Positions 45,340-54,335 of a stretch of DNA of 64,000 bases are shown here, piece after piece. The translations under genes were made by a program, and so were the position numbers. Within the stretch, counting starts at the first letter, position 1, and each line of letters begins with the position of its first letter. Origin of the DNA: Escherichia phage phita32; sequence record PQ758395; one strand, 5' to 3'. Under the pieces are notes generated by a model that was given only the letters and a program-made list of their open reading frames with translations, made no database searches and was not told where the DNA came from.

Positions 45340-46389
45340 TTAAGCTTCTTCGACAATTCCTGCGCCCAGGATTTTTTCATTGAGCTCTTTTGCTGTTTTA
45401 ATAATATTGTCCACCAGACGCTTACGGGTCTTATCTTTCACCTGAACTTCTTCGCCGCCGTTCAGGGTGGTTTTCAATTGGGACAAAATGTCCTGAAGCT
45501 CTACCACAGAGAATCGCTGCAGATCTTCCGAGGTAATCTCACCCAGTGCAATCTTAACGGTCTCACCACTCTCCATCTGCAGATTCAGGAACACAGTGTG
45601 AACATCACCTTTCGAACCACCCGCTTTTGCAGATTCAACAGCATGAACTAACTCATCTAAAGATGTGCACTGGTGAATCTCCGGAAGACCTGCTTCACCT
45701 AACACGCCTTCTTCATCACCTTTTGCCAGAAGCTTTTTCGGTTTTTGTCCGTTCTGGATGCGTTGTATGTTGCCTTCATCCAGAATAATAGCTCCAGTGC
45801 GTGCTGCCAGCTCTTCTCCGTCCAACCACACTTCGCCACCAGCTGTGATGGATGCGATCTCATCTTCTGTCAGCACCCCACCGTAGTATTTTTCGATCAG
45901 GCGTTCAAAACGTTTTTTCCAGTAGCTGACCTGAGTATTCATGTTCACACCGTTACCATAAGTGCCACCTTGATAGTAGTGGAACATAAATTCTGTGTCC
46001 GGAGCCACAGTACGTTCTTTACAACCAAGCCATAAGATTGTTCCAGCAGAGCAGCACATCCCTTCAGCATGTGCAACAACGCTTGCCTGAGACTCGCGGA
46101 ATGCCTGCAGATAAGCCATTGCAATGTGCACGCAACCCCCAGGGCTATTGATGATCACCCGAATGCTTTCTTCCGGCTGAGCCATACGGATCGTCTGCAG
46201 ACGAGACATATGATCTTGTAAGTCTTCCAAATCGTCGATATAAAGAACGTGGTCAACAACAGGTGTTGGGTAGCTGTATGTTTCCATAATACCACCCGGC
46301 ATACCAAACATTTTATTACTCATAGGTTCGAAACCGTTCTGTTTTTCTTTCATGCCGTGTACTATGGTGCTGCGAGGTGTTAAATTCAT
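45340..46389 (-). CDS. ClpP-like (S14 fold) serine protease domain protein with C-terminal extension
   Basis: RVIINSPGGCVHIAMAY and AHAEGMCCSAGTIL resemble ClpP INSPGG and catalytic Ser region; about 150-aa charged C-terminal extension. Confidence 0.6.
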   Translation of the reverse strand: MNLTPRSTIVHGMKEKQNGFEPMSNKMFGMPGGIMETYSYPTPVVDHVLYIDDLEDLQDHMSRLQTIRMAQPEESIRVIINSPGGCVHIAMAYLQAFRESQASVVAHAEGMCCSAGTILWLGCKERTVAPDTEFMFHYYQGGTYGNGVNMNTQVSYWKKRFERLIEKYYGGVLTEDEIASITAGGEVWLDGEELAARTGAIILDEGNIQRIQNGQKPKKLLAKGDEEGVLGEAGLPEIHQCTSLDELVHAVESAKAGGSKGDVHTVFLNLQMESGETVKIALGEITSEDLQRFSVVELQDILSQLKTTLNGGEEVQVKDKTRKRLVDNIIKTAKELNEKILGAGIVEEA

Positions 46390-46449
46390 GAGAAATCCTT
46401 AATATTGGAAGTTGAAAGCTATTTATTTAAACCTGATTCACATTTACCT

Positions 46450-46761
46450 TTATTTAGCAATCACTAAGGAATACTTACGATTGTCAGAAGCATCACAGCT
46501 CAATGATTGCCAGTCTACCACATACCACGTATCATTGTCAACAATTACTTTATCGCCTGTTCTGTAGCAGGTGCTGCTTTCAATAATCCGAGACTCGATA
46601 AAGAATCTGTGTCGGCACTCACGTAGCAACGCTAAGTTGATTATATTACCACCACTGTCCTTGATCCACACATTCTTGTATCCTTTATTTGCCAAAATTG
46701 TCTCGCCTTTATAGACAAACAGGCAGTATATTTTATTCAGTCTCTCTTGTATTGTAGCCAT
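46450..46761 (-). CDS. hypothetical protein
   Basis: ORF with AGGAGA SD downstream of its own promoter. Confidence 0.45.
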   Translation of the reverse strand: MATIQERLNKIYCLFVYKGETILANKGYKNVWIKDSGGNIINLALLRECRHRFFIESRIIESSTCYRTGDKVIVDNDTWYVVDWQSLSCDASDNRKYSLVIAK

Positions 46762-46791
46762 ACTATCTCCTTCTACTTGTCTTGTCCGATA

Positions 46792-46820
46792 ATAATATCT
46801 AAAGCTTACCTGTTTGTCAA
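46792..46820 (-). promoter_or_regulatory. sigma70-like promoter, minus strand (TTGACA-17-TATTAT)
   Basis: Minus-strand -35 is the complement of 46815-46820, -10 of 46792-46797. Confidence 0.55.
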
Positions 46821-46864
46821 CAACTGTTTTAGATATTTAAGGGTGGAATAACCACCCTTCTGTA

Positions 46865-47653
46865 TTACTCGGAAACAGGGGTCCAAATATGATTTGCACG
46901 ATCCTCTATAAGATTGAGAGCAATCTGACGACCCAACCCGGAACGAACGACATCGTCTGGACTATCAAAGCTGATCATTCCAACCTCGGGATCTGGATGA
47001 CGAGTAAAGAAATCCGTCACCCATGCAAGGCCAGATTTACCAGGGATGTCACGTTGACTATTATCGCCCATAATTACAAGGGTGGCCTGATCAGAGATCC
47101 TTGTAATAATTGACAACATTTCTTCAGGGTTAGTTTGCTGTGCCTCGTCAATCAGGACAAAGCATCGCTCATCGAAACTACGACCACGAATGCTTTCAAC
47201 TTCACAAATCTCGATACGGCTGTTCTGACCATCTCCCAGCATTGCGGCAAAAGCACCTTTGCCAACACGACGACAAATCGTGTCCATCATGCTTCGAAGA
47301 TAGGGCCACAGTTTTTGCATTGCATTCCCTGGTTTAAATCCTGAAGTCTTTCCTGTCTGAACGTAAGGACGTGCAACAATGATCTTATCAATCTCGTTCT
47401 TACGCAGAAGATCACCTGCATATGCAGATGCCATGAATGTCTTACCGGATCCAAACACACCGTTTACAATAATAATCTTACGTGACCCTAGATAATCAAG
47501 ATACTTTTGCTGCTTCTTATTCATTGGTCGGAGAGCTGGAGCAGTGTGCTCTCTTTCGTCAGCAAATTTCTCAGCAGCCTTACGCAGGCGATCAGATTTG
47601 CGAGCCTCTCTAGCTTCATCACGCATGCGTTTTGTTTCTTTAGCTCGACCCAT
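46865..47653 (-). CDS. phoH: PhoH-like ATPase
   Basis: Walker A GVFGSGKTF, Walker B FVLIDEAQ and overall PhoH-family pattern. Confidence 0.8.
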   Translation of the reverse strand: MGRAKETKRMRDEAREARKSDRLRKAAEKFADEREHTAPALRPMNKKQQKYLDYLGSRKIIIVNGVFGSGKTFMASAYAGDLLRKNEIDKIIVARPYVQTGKTSGFKPGNAMQKLWPYLRSMMDTICRRVGKGAFAAMLGDGQNSRIEICEVESIRGRSFDERCFVLIDEAQQTNPEEMLSIITRISDQATLVIMGDNSQRDIPGKSGLAWVTDFFTRHPDPEVGMISFDSPDDVVRSGLGRQIALNLIEDRANHIWTPVSE

Positions 47654-47691
47654 GTTGGGACTCCTTTCAGATTGAGATGTGCCAAGTACTT

Positions 47692-48042
47692 TTACTGCAA
47701 CAGTTTTTCAATAGCCGCTTCCATGCTGCTTGCAACAGCCTGAACTCGGATATTCATCTCTTCTTGGTGGATCAGCTCCTTAAGCTCTTTAACGGTAAAT
47801 TCTTTAGAGAAACCTTCCACCATGATCTTGTGCAAGGCTTCTTGCGTGTCCACTTGCAAGAACTTTTCCAGTTTGTTGGCAGAGGCTTCTAAATCAGCCC
47901 GAATACGAGGGTCATCTGTGCGATTCAGCATTAGGCGTAAGCCATCAAGATTAGTAGAAATAGCGTCTGCATGTTGAGTAACTAACCGTGGCAAAATGAG
48001 ATCTACAAACTTATTAGCCAAATCGATACGTTCTTGTGTCAC
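47692..48042 (-). CDS. hypothetical protein
   Basis: ORF (GTG start). Confidence 0.45.
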   Translation of the reverse strand: MTQERIDLANKFVDLILPRLVTQHADAISTNLDGLRLMLNRTDDPRIRADLEASANKLEKFLQVDTQEALHKIMVEGFSKEFTVKELKELIHQEEMNIRVQAVASSMEAAIEKLLQ

Positions 48043-48152
48043 TGTTGCACCCCCTCTTCATCCTCATGATATTTCTTTTCACGCTTGTGTTTTTTCTTAA
48101 GCTCAAGCGCAATCTCTTTTTTGTACGCCTTCTTCAAGGCTTTTTTAGCCAT
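48039..48152 (-). CDS. small basic protein (37 aa, not in ORF track)
   Basis: ATG 48152 with AGGAGG SD; MAKKALKKAYKKEIALELKKKHKREKKYHEDEEGVQQ. Confidence 0.3.
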   Translation of the reverse strand: MAKKALKKAYKKEIALELKKKHKREKKYHEDEEGVQQ

Positions 48153-48214
48153 TTGGCACCTCCTCTGCTCTCATTACGCTAATTATAACCAACTTAACAA
48201 AGCTTTGTCAACGA

Positions 48215-48688
48215 TTAGTCAACCTGAACCCAACCATCTGCTACCTTTTTAAACATTCTTTGGTTATCACTACCTCTGAATGGTTTTTTGGTGGGGTTAT
48301 CTTTTTCGTACTTACCATCCATAATGTAATCGACACTATCTTTAATGTAATCTGGGACTTCTTCAAACAAATACCCTGTGTACACCCAGATAGTTTTTGT
48401 GTTGCCGAAGCGTTCACGGATAGCGAGAATGATCGAGTACATACCATCGATATTGTAAGGCGCTAAAGGTTCGCCACCACACAATGTAACTCCGGTAATA
48501 TGTTTCGGCTCTATAGAGTGGAGTATACTCTCAATTGTGTCATTTGTTAACGGTTCCCCTTTAGCGGGTGACCAAACACTTTTGTTTTGGCAACCAACGC
48601 AGTGATGTGGACAACCAGAACAGAACACCGTTGTCCTAATGCCTGGGCCGTCAACCATGCTACACTCTAGAATATTAACAACATTCAT
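48215..48688 (-). CDS. nrdG: anaerobic ribonucleotide reductase activating protein (radical SAM)
   Basis: N-terminal CPHHCVGC (CxxxCxxC) radical-SAM cluster motif, NrdG size, adjacent to nrdD. Confidence 0.8.
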   Translation of the reverse strand: MNVVNILECSMVDGPGIRTTVFCSGCPHHCVGCQNKSVWSPAKGEPLTNDTIESILHSIEPKHITGVTLCGGEPLAPYNIDGMYSIILAIRERFGNTKTIWVYTGYLFEEVPDYIKDSVDYIMDGKYEKDNPTKKPFRGSDNQRMFKKVADGWVQVD

Positions 48689-48921
48689 TCCTTATCCTCT
48701 TTGAGGTAGGGAGATTCAGGCCCACAATAAGCCCTATCTAAGAAAACAGCTTCTTCCCCTCTGGAATCAGTAGATTTATAATACCCATCACCCTGGTAAC
48801 TAACGAACCAGTAGCACCCATCATCGCTTTCTACTGTTGTGGCTCTGTCCGAATGAAAGATAATTTCATAATCCTTATCGAATGTAAACCATCTGTTGGC
48901 TTTTATGCAGGCACCTATCAT
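48685..48921 (-). CDS. hypothetical protein
   Basis: ORF, overlapping stop/start with nrdG. Confidence 0.4.
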   Translation of the reverse strand: MIGACIKANRWFTFDKDYEIIFHSDRATTVESDDGCYWFVSYQGDGYYKSTDSRGEEAVFLDRAYCGPESPYLKEDKE

Positions 48922-49072
48922 AAGGGACCTCTCTTCTGTGGTGTGCTTCTATTCAAGATAGACCTATAAAAGTCCATTTGATGAATCCGTATACCTTTCT
49001 ATACTTACACTTCAGTGCTAACAATTTTATCTTGATTTTCTTGATAAATTTCTGCATTTCAACCCCTTATGC

Positions 49073-49189
49073 TTATAAGTACTCCGCATCGCATTCAGGG
49101 CAATGCCAAATAAAATCATCAAGTGCCTTGCACCAACGAAGATTGCAACGACAACCACACTTGCAAATTTTATAAATACCTTTAGACAT
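49073..49189 (-). CDS. small Cys-rich zinc-ribbon peptide (38 aa, not in ORF track)
   Basis: ATG 49189 with AGGAGG SD; MSKGIYKICKCGCRCNLRWCKALDDFIWHCPECDAEYL. Confidence 0.3.
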   Translation of the reverse strand: MSKGIYKICKCGCRCNLRWCKALDDFIWHCPECDAEYL

Positions 49190-49250
49190 ACTGTACCTCC
49201 TAGTTCACTGTGCCAACAATATGCCACATCCTTGTGGCTTTTGTCAAGTA

Positions 49251-50222
49251 TCAGCAACCACAACTTCCGTAGTGCTTAACCCGTTCTATAACTTCCGCTT
49301 GCTTACCCTTATTGTAAGGACGGGAGTTAGGACTGGAAAGGTATCCAGACACACGTCGAATTACGCTGATCGTTCCCTCTTCATGGTTTCCACACTCTGG
49401 GCATACAAAGCCTTTAGCTGTTGCACTGAACTCACCAGAGAAACCACACTTGAGACATTTATCCACAGGCTGGTTGATACCAAAATACATAATGTGTTTA
49501 TATCCGAAATCAACAAGAGCTTCCAAAGCATCTAAGTTGTTTTTCAGATTTGGTGTCTCTACGTATCCGATGTTGCCACCAGAGGAGATCATAGCAAAAC
49601 CTTCCTCATACTCCCACTTATCAAAAGGAGAGCTATTGATCCATACTGGCTGATGGAAACTGTTGGTGAGATATTCATGCTCGTGCTTCAACACTTCAGG
49701 ATATTCACGATCCAGACAGGTTGCAGCTTTATAGCATAGACTCTCAGAAGGGGTGCCGTACAAGCTAAACGCTAGTCTACTTTCCTTCTTGTATCGCTCA
49801 CAAGCATCTCTCATGTGCTGAAGTATTCCAAGAGCTAAAGCCTTGTCACCCTCCCTGCCCAAAATCTGACAGGTTTCATACACACCAATATACCCAATAC
49901 TGATGGAAGCGTACCCGTCATAGAAGAGTTTATCAATACTCTCTTCAGGATCCAGGCGAGCAAGAGCGCCTTCACACCACATGATAGGGTTCTGCCCTGC
50001 CTTTGTTCCTTTTAGACGGTTAACCCTTACAAGGTGAGCCTCGTATGCAAGATCCAGGTATTCGTCAAGAACTGCAAAGAAATCAACACCTTCCGTTTTA
50101 GCTTTTGCCGCAATCATTGGCAGGTTAAGGCTAACAACGCCTAAGTTAAATCTGCCAAGGTATTTCTCCTCGCCTGTTACAGGGTCGCTATATTTCGATA
50201 AGAAACTTCTACACATTATGTT
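49251..50222 (-). CDS. nrdD: anaerobic ribonucleoside-triphosphate reductase NrdD, exon 3
   Basis: CRSFL..NLGVVSLNLP .. glycyl-radical RVSGYL and C-terminal Cys cluster, colinear with E. coli NrdD residues about 390-712. Confidence 0.8.
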   Translation of the reverse strand, partial: NIMCRSFLSKYSDPVTGEEKYLGRFNLGVVSLNLPMIAAKAKTEGVDFFAVLDEYLDLAYEAHLVRVNRLKGTKAGQNPIMWCEGALARLDPEESIDKLFYDGYASISIGYIGVYETCQILGREGDKALALGILQHMRDACERYKKESRLAFSLYGTPSESLCYKAATCLDREYPEVLKHEHEYLTNSFHQPVWINSSPFDKWEYEEGFAMISSGGNIGYVETPNLKNNLDALEALVDFGYKHIMYFGINQPVDKCLKCGFSGEFSATAKGFVCPECGNHEEGTISVIRRVSGYLSSPNSRPYNKGKQAEVIERVKHYGSCGC

Positions 50223-50993
50223 CAGGGTGGTTCGCAAGTCCACCCCCGCACCTTTACGTGCTGCTGCATGTTCCCATGCAGATCAGACTATATCTTCACA
50301 CTTAGTGTGTCTACCATTTCGAGTGTCATCGGCTTACACCCTACACCGCTACATTCATCACGGTTAGTCGTTAGGCATTTCGTAACAGAACTCGTAATCA
50401 TAGTTATTAGGCGCACCACGTTTCAGGATAGCAGATATTCTTTTTCTATCTACTCCTAAAACATCAGCACAACATCTCAGACTTTTAAAGTGGAAAACCT
50501 CACCAGTTAATTTGTTGGTGGCTTTCACACCGTGGCATCTTGTGTAAAAAGCATAACAGTTGTTGTTGTATCCTTCTTGCGTATTGTCTGGGCAAGCTCC
50601 CCACTCAAGGTTGTATACACTGTTATCTTTCCTGTTGTCCCCTTTGTGCTTAACATAGGGTAAATTGTCTGGATTTGGTAAGAACGCTTCAGCAACAAGT
50701 CTGTGAACCCTTAGGCAAACAGTCTTTTTGTTCTTGCGTATCCTAACAAGACGGTAACCTGTGTTTATCTCTTCCCACGAATGAATAATTCTTTCATTTT
50801 CGTAGCGGGTGCAATAAACATTGCCCATCTCGTCAATTTCATAACCTTCAAAATCACGAATTTGTTTTCTCATTTCAGGACTCCTCTTGGTCAGGAGTTC
50901 TGTTACGTTTAGCACGGGATTGTCCGTTCTGGAGTTTCCCCGTTTAGATAGATTTTACATGAGCAGTTATAGTTTACCCATGCTCGTTACTTT
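50223..50993 (-). mobile_element. group I intron 2 in nrdD carrying an HNH homing endonuclease gene
   Basis: NrdD frame breaks after KVTGSTDG and resumes at NIMCRSF with no start codon; upstream exon ends in U, intron ends in G (complement of 50223); junction uncertain by about 3 nt. Confidence 0.55.
50364..50915 (-). CDS. HNH homing endonuclease (intron-encoded)
   Basis: HNH_3 motif VKHKGDNRKDNSVYNLEW; C-terminal HTH SLRCCADVLGVDRKRISAIL. Confidence 0.8.
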   Translation of the reverse strand: MLNVTELLTKRSPEMRKQIRDFEGYEIDEMGNVYCTRYENERIIHSWEEINTGYRLVRIRKNKKTVCLRVHRLVAEAFLPNPDNLPYVKHKGDNRKDNSVYNLEWGACPDNTQEGYNNNCYAFYTRCHGVKATNKLTGEVFHFKSLRCCADVLGVDRKRISAILKRGAPNNYDYEFCYEMPND

Positions 50994-51275
50994 ACCATCT
51001 GTCGAGCCTGTCACTTTACGATTTAGTGGAACAGAAACAAAGTCAGGATAAATCCGCTCTGCAGAGCATTCCAGAGCTAATCGTTTCAAATCATAGTTAG
51101 GATCTCCAGGGTTCATGTTGACACCCTCTTCTAGGAAGAACAGCACTTTAGGGAACACAGGTGTGATACGTTCTTCACCAAGACCCATTTTGTGGACTTT
51201 CAAGTAATTTTTGGTAATCATTCTACCAAAGACCGAGGTATCCAGTCCTAAACTTAATGTGATGAATGGAGTCTG
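50994..51275 (-). CDS. nrdD: anaerobic ribonucleotide reductase NrdD, exon 2
   Basis: QTPFITLSLGLDTS..ITPVFPKVLFF..GDPNYDLKRLALECS colinear with E. coli NrdD residues about 296-390; no start codon. Confidence 0.7.
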
Positions 51276-52072
51276 CTGTCTCCTCCCTGTGTTTCCACAG
51301 GGCCAGACTATCTCTTACTCTACTTCAATAAGATAATAACCCTTTATTGTGAGATGCTTACCTTCGGCATTTCCTTCGATAGCCCTGTGAACGTTACCTA
51401 CGTTCAAATTTAAGGCTTTTGCACAGGCGTAGAGTGAAGGATATTCACCCACCAAGATTTTCCCTTTGTATGCCTGCACTTTCCTATAGCACTTACCTGG
51501 ACAAAGTCCTGTTCGGAAAGCATGTCTCTTATTATCTTCCGGCAAAACCCACTCTAGGTTAGACGGATGATCATTCAATGTATTGCCATCTTTATGATTC
51601 ACTTCCCAATTTTCAGGGTCTTCTGGGACATCTGGCAAACAATACAAGGCAACAACCCTTGAGGTTTGGATTCGAATCTTTTTACCTTTGTGGTTGAAAG
51701 AGTACATATAACGGCGTTTAACATGCTTATTACCTTTTCCATAACCTCCCCACAATATTGGGTGTAGCATTCCACGTTTTCCGTATACGTTTCCAACTTC
51801 ATCAATCACATAGTTTGATTCTTCACCATTAAGAATGATCTTTTTCATAGAGCCTCTCCATTTCGAAGTTAGTATTTCAACTAACCCCTACACTACTTGG
51901 TTCAGAAATGTTTGTCAAGCATCTCTGCCTTTCGTTAGTCGTTACAACCGTTCCAACTCCTGTAAGAACTAGTCACGGGATTGGCATAGCTTTCGCCTTA
52001 GCGTTCCCCGTTAGCCGGATTTACCGACCCCTCTTATGAGGTTAGGAGAGTTTTACAACGGCCAGTTTGTTA
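51276..52072 (-). mobile_element. group I intron 1 in nrdD carrying an HNH homing endonuclease gene
   Basis: Exon 1 ends ..AACGGU; intron starts UAAACAAACUGGCCGUUG, whose GCCGUU can pair with the exon end including the U-G wobble (P1); intron ends in G (complement of 51276); exon 2 resumes QTPF. Confidence 0.65.
51315..51848 (-). CDS. HNH homing endonuclease (intron-encoded)
   Basis: HNH_3 motif VNHKDGNTLNDHPSNLEW; C-terminal HTH; in same frame as exon 2, separated by a stop. Confidence 0.8.
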   Translation of the reverse strand: MKKIILNGEESNYVIDEVGNVYGKRGMLHPILWGGYGKGNKHVKRRYMYSFNHKGKKIRIQTSRVVALYCLPDVPEDPENWEVNHKDGNTLNDHPSNLEWVLPEDNKRHAFRTGLCPGKCYRKVQAYKGKILVGEYPSLYACAKALNLNVGNVHRAIEGNAEGKHLTIKGYYLIEVE

Positions 52073-52933
52073 ACCGTTGACAGAAGTTAACGTATTGATT
52101 TGATAGAGCAAAGTCTGCATGCTGTCAAATACGTCTTTATCTGTCATTTGCATTGCAACAGTCTCAGCATCTGGCAACCAATGTTCCTGGCAAAATTTAA
52201 GGTTCTTCTCATAGGTCGCTTCAGCATACTGTGCCAGATAATGATCAATATGGCTCATAGTCTGACCCCCATATTGAGCACTAGCTACTGCACTAGAGAT
52301 TTGGCTAAGGATTGTTGTTGCAACCCCTATTGACTTCGGCTTACTGACATGTGCGTTACCAATGTTGAATCCGTTTTCCAACATATCTGGATAATTTACC
52401 AAACAACAGTTTGTTAACGGACTGATCAAGTAGTCAAGATCATGCACATGGATGAAGCCTTTATTGTGCTCTTCTGAGACACGGTCTGGCAGGATCTGTG
52501 TTGATGCAAGGTGTTTGCTAAGGATGCCTGCAAGCAGGTCACGATGAGTGTGTACATGATTGGTAGGCTTATTTGCGTTTTCTTTTGTAAATTCATCACA
52601 AGTTCGATCCAAGAAGCCACTAATATCTGCAAGCAGTTTTCCACCTGCCTCTCTGTTATTATCTCTTGTCTGTCTATACTGGATGTATTCTCTGGCTGCA
52701 CATTTTAAACCCATATCCATAAGAGCATCTTCAACAAGGATATGGATATTTTTTACAGAGATCGTGTACTGGTCGGTTGGCAGATTGTTAGCAACAACTT
52801 CATTAACCGCACAAGCGATCCGGTAAGCTTCTTCTTCAGTATGTCCAGACTCAAGTAAGGCGGACTCTGCCGCCTTGATCACCTTAATTCCGTTATAGAA
52901 CTCTTCTCTACCGTCCCGTTTTACAACTTTCAC
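52073..52933 (-). CDS. nrdD: anaerobic ribonucleotide reductase NrdD, exon 1 (ATP-cone N-terminus)
   Basis: MKVVKRDGREEF ATP-cone start; ENANKPT..HRDLLAGI..HVHDLDY..NAHVSKPKSIG..YQINTLTSVNG colinear with E. coli NrdD residues 1-295. Confidence 0.8.
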
Positions 52934-53205
52934 TTTTTCTCTCCAAAACCATTCTTAACAAAAGAGATGAAATCGTCGGCACCGCCTATATGGATACTGT
53001 CAAGATCGCTTTCTAAGAAGATCTGCGGCAACGTTCGGGGGACGATTGGACTACACTTCTCAATAAGCTCTTCTTTTGTGTATCCCTCGCCAAGTGTCTT
53101 ATATACAAAAGGCAGACCTTTGCTGATTGCAAATTCTTTTGCTCTGACACAATGTGGGCAGTTATCCTTACCGTAAATGATGAAAAAAGATTTTTCGCAG
53201 CTCAT
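52930..53205 (-). CDS. glutaredoxin-like redoxin
   Basis: CPHC active-site dithiol near N-terminus, TLPQIF and GGADDF motifs typical of the glutaredoxin fold. Confidence 0.65.
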   Translation of the reverse strand: MSCEKSFFIIYGKDNCPHCVRAKEFAISKGLPFVYKTLGEGYTKEELIEKCSPIVPRTLPQIFLESDLDSIHIGGADDFISFVKNGFGEKK

Positions 53206-53208
53206 ATA

Positions 53209-54297
53209 TTAAAACTCCCAAATTTCTTCTTCAGCGTCGTTAACAGTTGTGTTGACGCGGTAGTCAGTGTTCGACATTTCTTGGTTCGCCGTCTGTTGCA
53301 ATGAAGGTTTCATCCACACCTGCATAAACGGTAGCGGGTCCTTTGTTGGCGGCACAAAGTCTTTGTCGATGTCGTAGTAATCATAAATCGGTGAACAGTT
53401 ATAGTCAACCCATTCTTTAAGCAACGGTGAGTTAAGACCTATAATCGCTCTTCCTTCGCTGAAAATATAGTCACTCCAACCGTACTCTTTGGTTCGTACT
53501 TCATCAAGAATCTCTTTTAACTCCCCTTTTATCTCCAGGAAGCTTTTCTCCCATGCGGGATCGTTAAGCAAGATATCAATGATGGCAAAATCACCTTTCG
53601 AATGTAGCATTTCGTCAAGCATGATTTTTTGAACAAGCTGCGCCACCTGAACAAAAATACCCTGTTCAGCTACTGCGAAAGTGCATGCAAAACTTGCAAT
53701 AAACTCAATACTTTCTAGAGCTAAAAGTGCAAAAAGCGCTCTAAGAATGCATTTCCGCACAATATCTTCTTCAACACTAGAAGGATCCAGGCGGTATTTT
53801 GCACCAATAACCTCAAGCTCTTGCATGTATTTGACAATAACGCCGGATCTGCTCAGAACGTTTTGGTTTTCCTGAATCTCTTCTATAATCTCACGGGCAT
53901 TGGGGAGGCATTGTCTAACAATCTCTGAGTAAGTTAGTGCGTGAAGAACTTCAATCTCTGACTGTTTCATCAATAGAGTGAAAAGCTCACTATTAGTGAT
54001 GAATGGTGAAAAGAGGCAGATGATCGATCTTGCCGCAACGCTATCAGCCTCCCATTGCCACATCAAGGTCTGCACCATCACGTCATAAGTTGACTTTGAG
54101 CATGTTACAAAATCTGAAATAGATTGCGACAAATCCACTTCATCCTCTGCCCAATCTTGCTCTTTTTGTTTTTTGTATAGTTCAAACAGTTGTGGATATT
54201 TTTTGTTGATAGAGTCGTACATACCCATTTGCTGTCCCAGAAACAGCGGATAGTCACCAGTTTTATGAGCGGTGTTCTCAGCATTAAATACAGCCAT
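53209..54297 (-). CDS. nrdB: ribonucleotide reductase class Ia beta subunit
   Basis: Colinear with E. coli NrdB (PLFLGQ..; EF..SFACSFA-like ESIEFIASFACTFA); start moved from track 54357 to ATG 54297 (AGAGGTAG SD). Confidence 0.8.
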   Translation of the reverse strand: MAVFNAENTAHKTGDYPLFLGQQMGMYDSINKKYPQLFELYKKQKEQDWAEDEVDLSQSISDFVTCSKSTYDVMVQTLMWQWEADSVAARSIICLFSPFITNSELFTLLMKQSEIEVLHALTYSEIVRQCLPNAREIIEEIQENQNVLSRSGVIVKYMQELEVIGAKYRLDPSSVEEDIVRKCILRALFALLALESIEFIASFACTFAVAEQGIFVQVAQLVQKIMLDEMLHSKGDFAIIDILLNDPAWEKSFLEIKGELKEILDEVRTKEYGWSDYIFSEGRAIIGLNSPLLKEWVDYNCSPIYDYYDIDKDFVPPTKDPLPFMQVWMKPSLQQTANQEMSNTDYRVNTTVNDAEEEIWEF

Positions 54298-54335
54298 TAT
54301 TCTACCTCTAAAATGGGGCCGAAGCCCCTTTAAAA

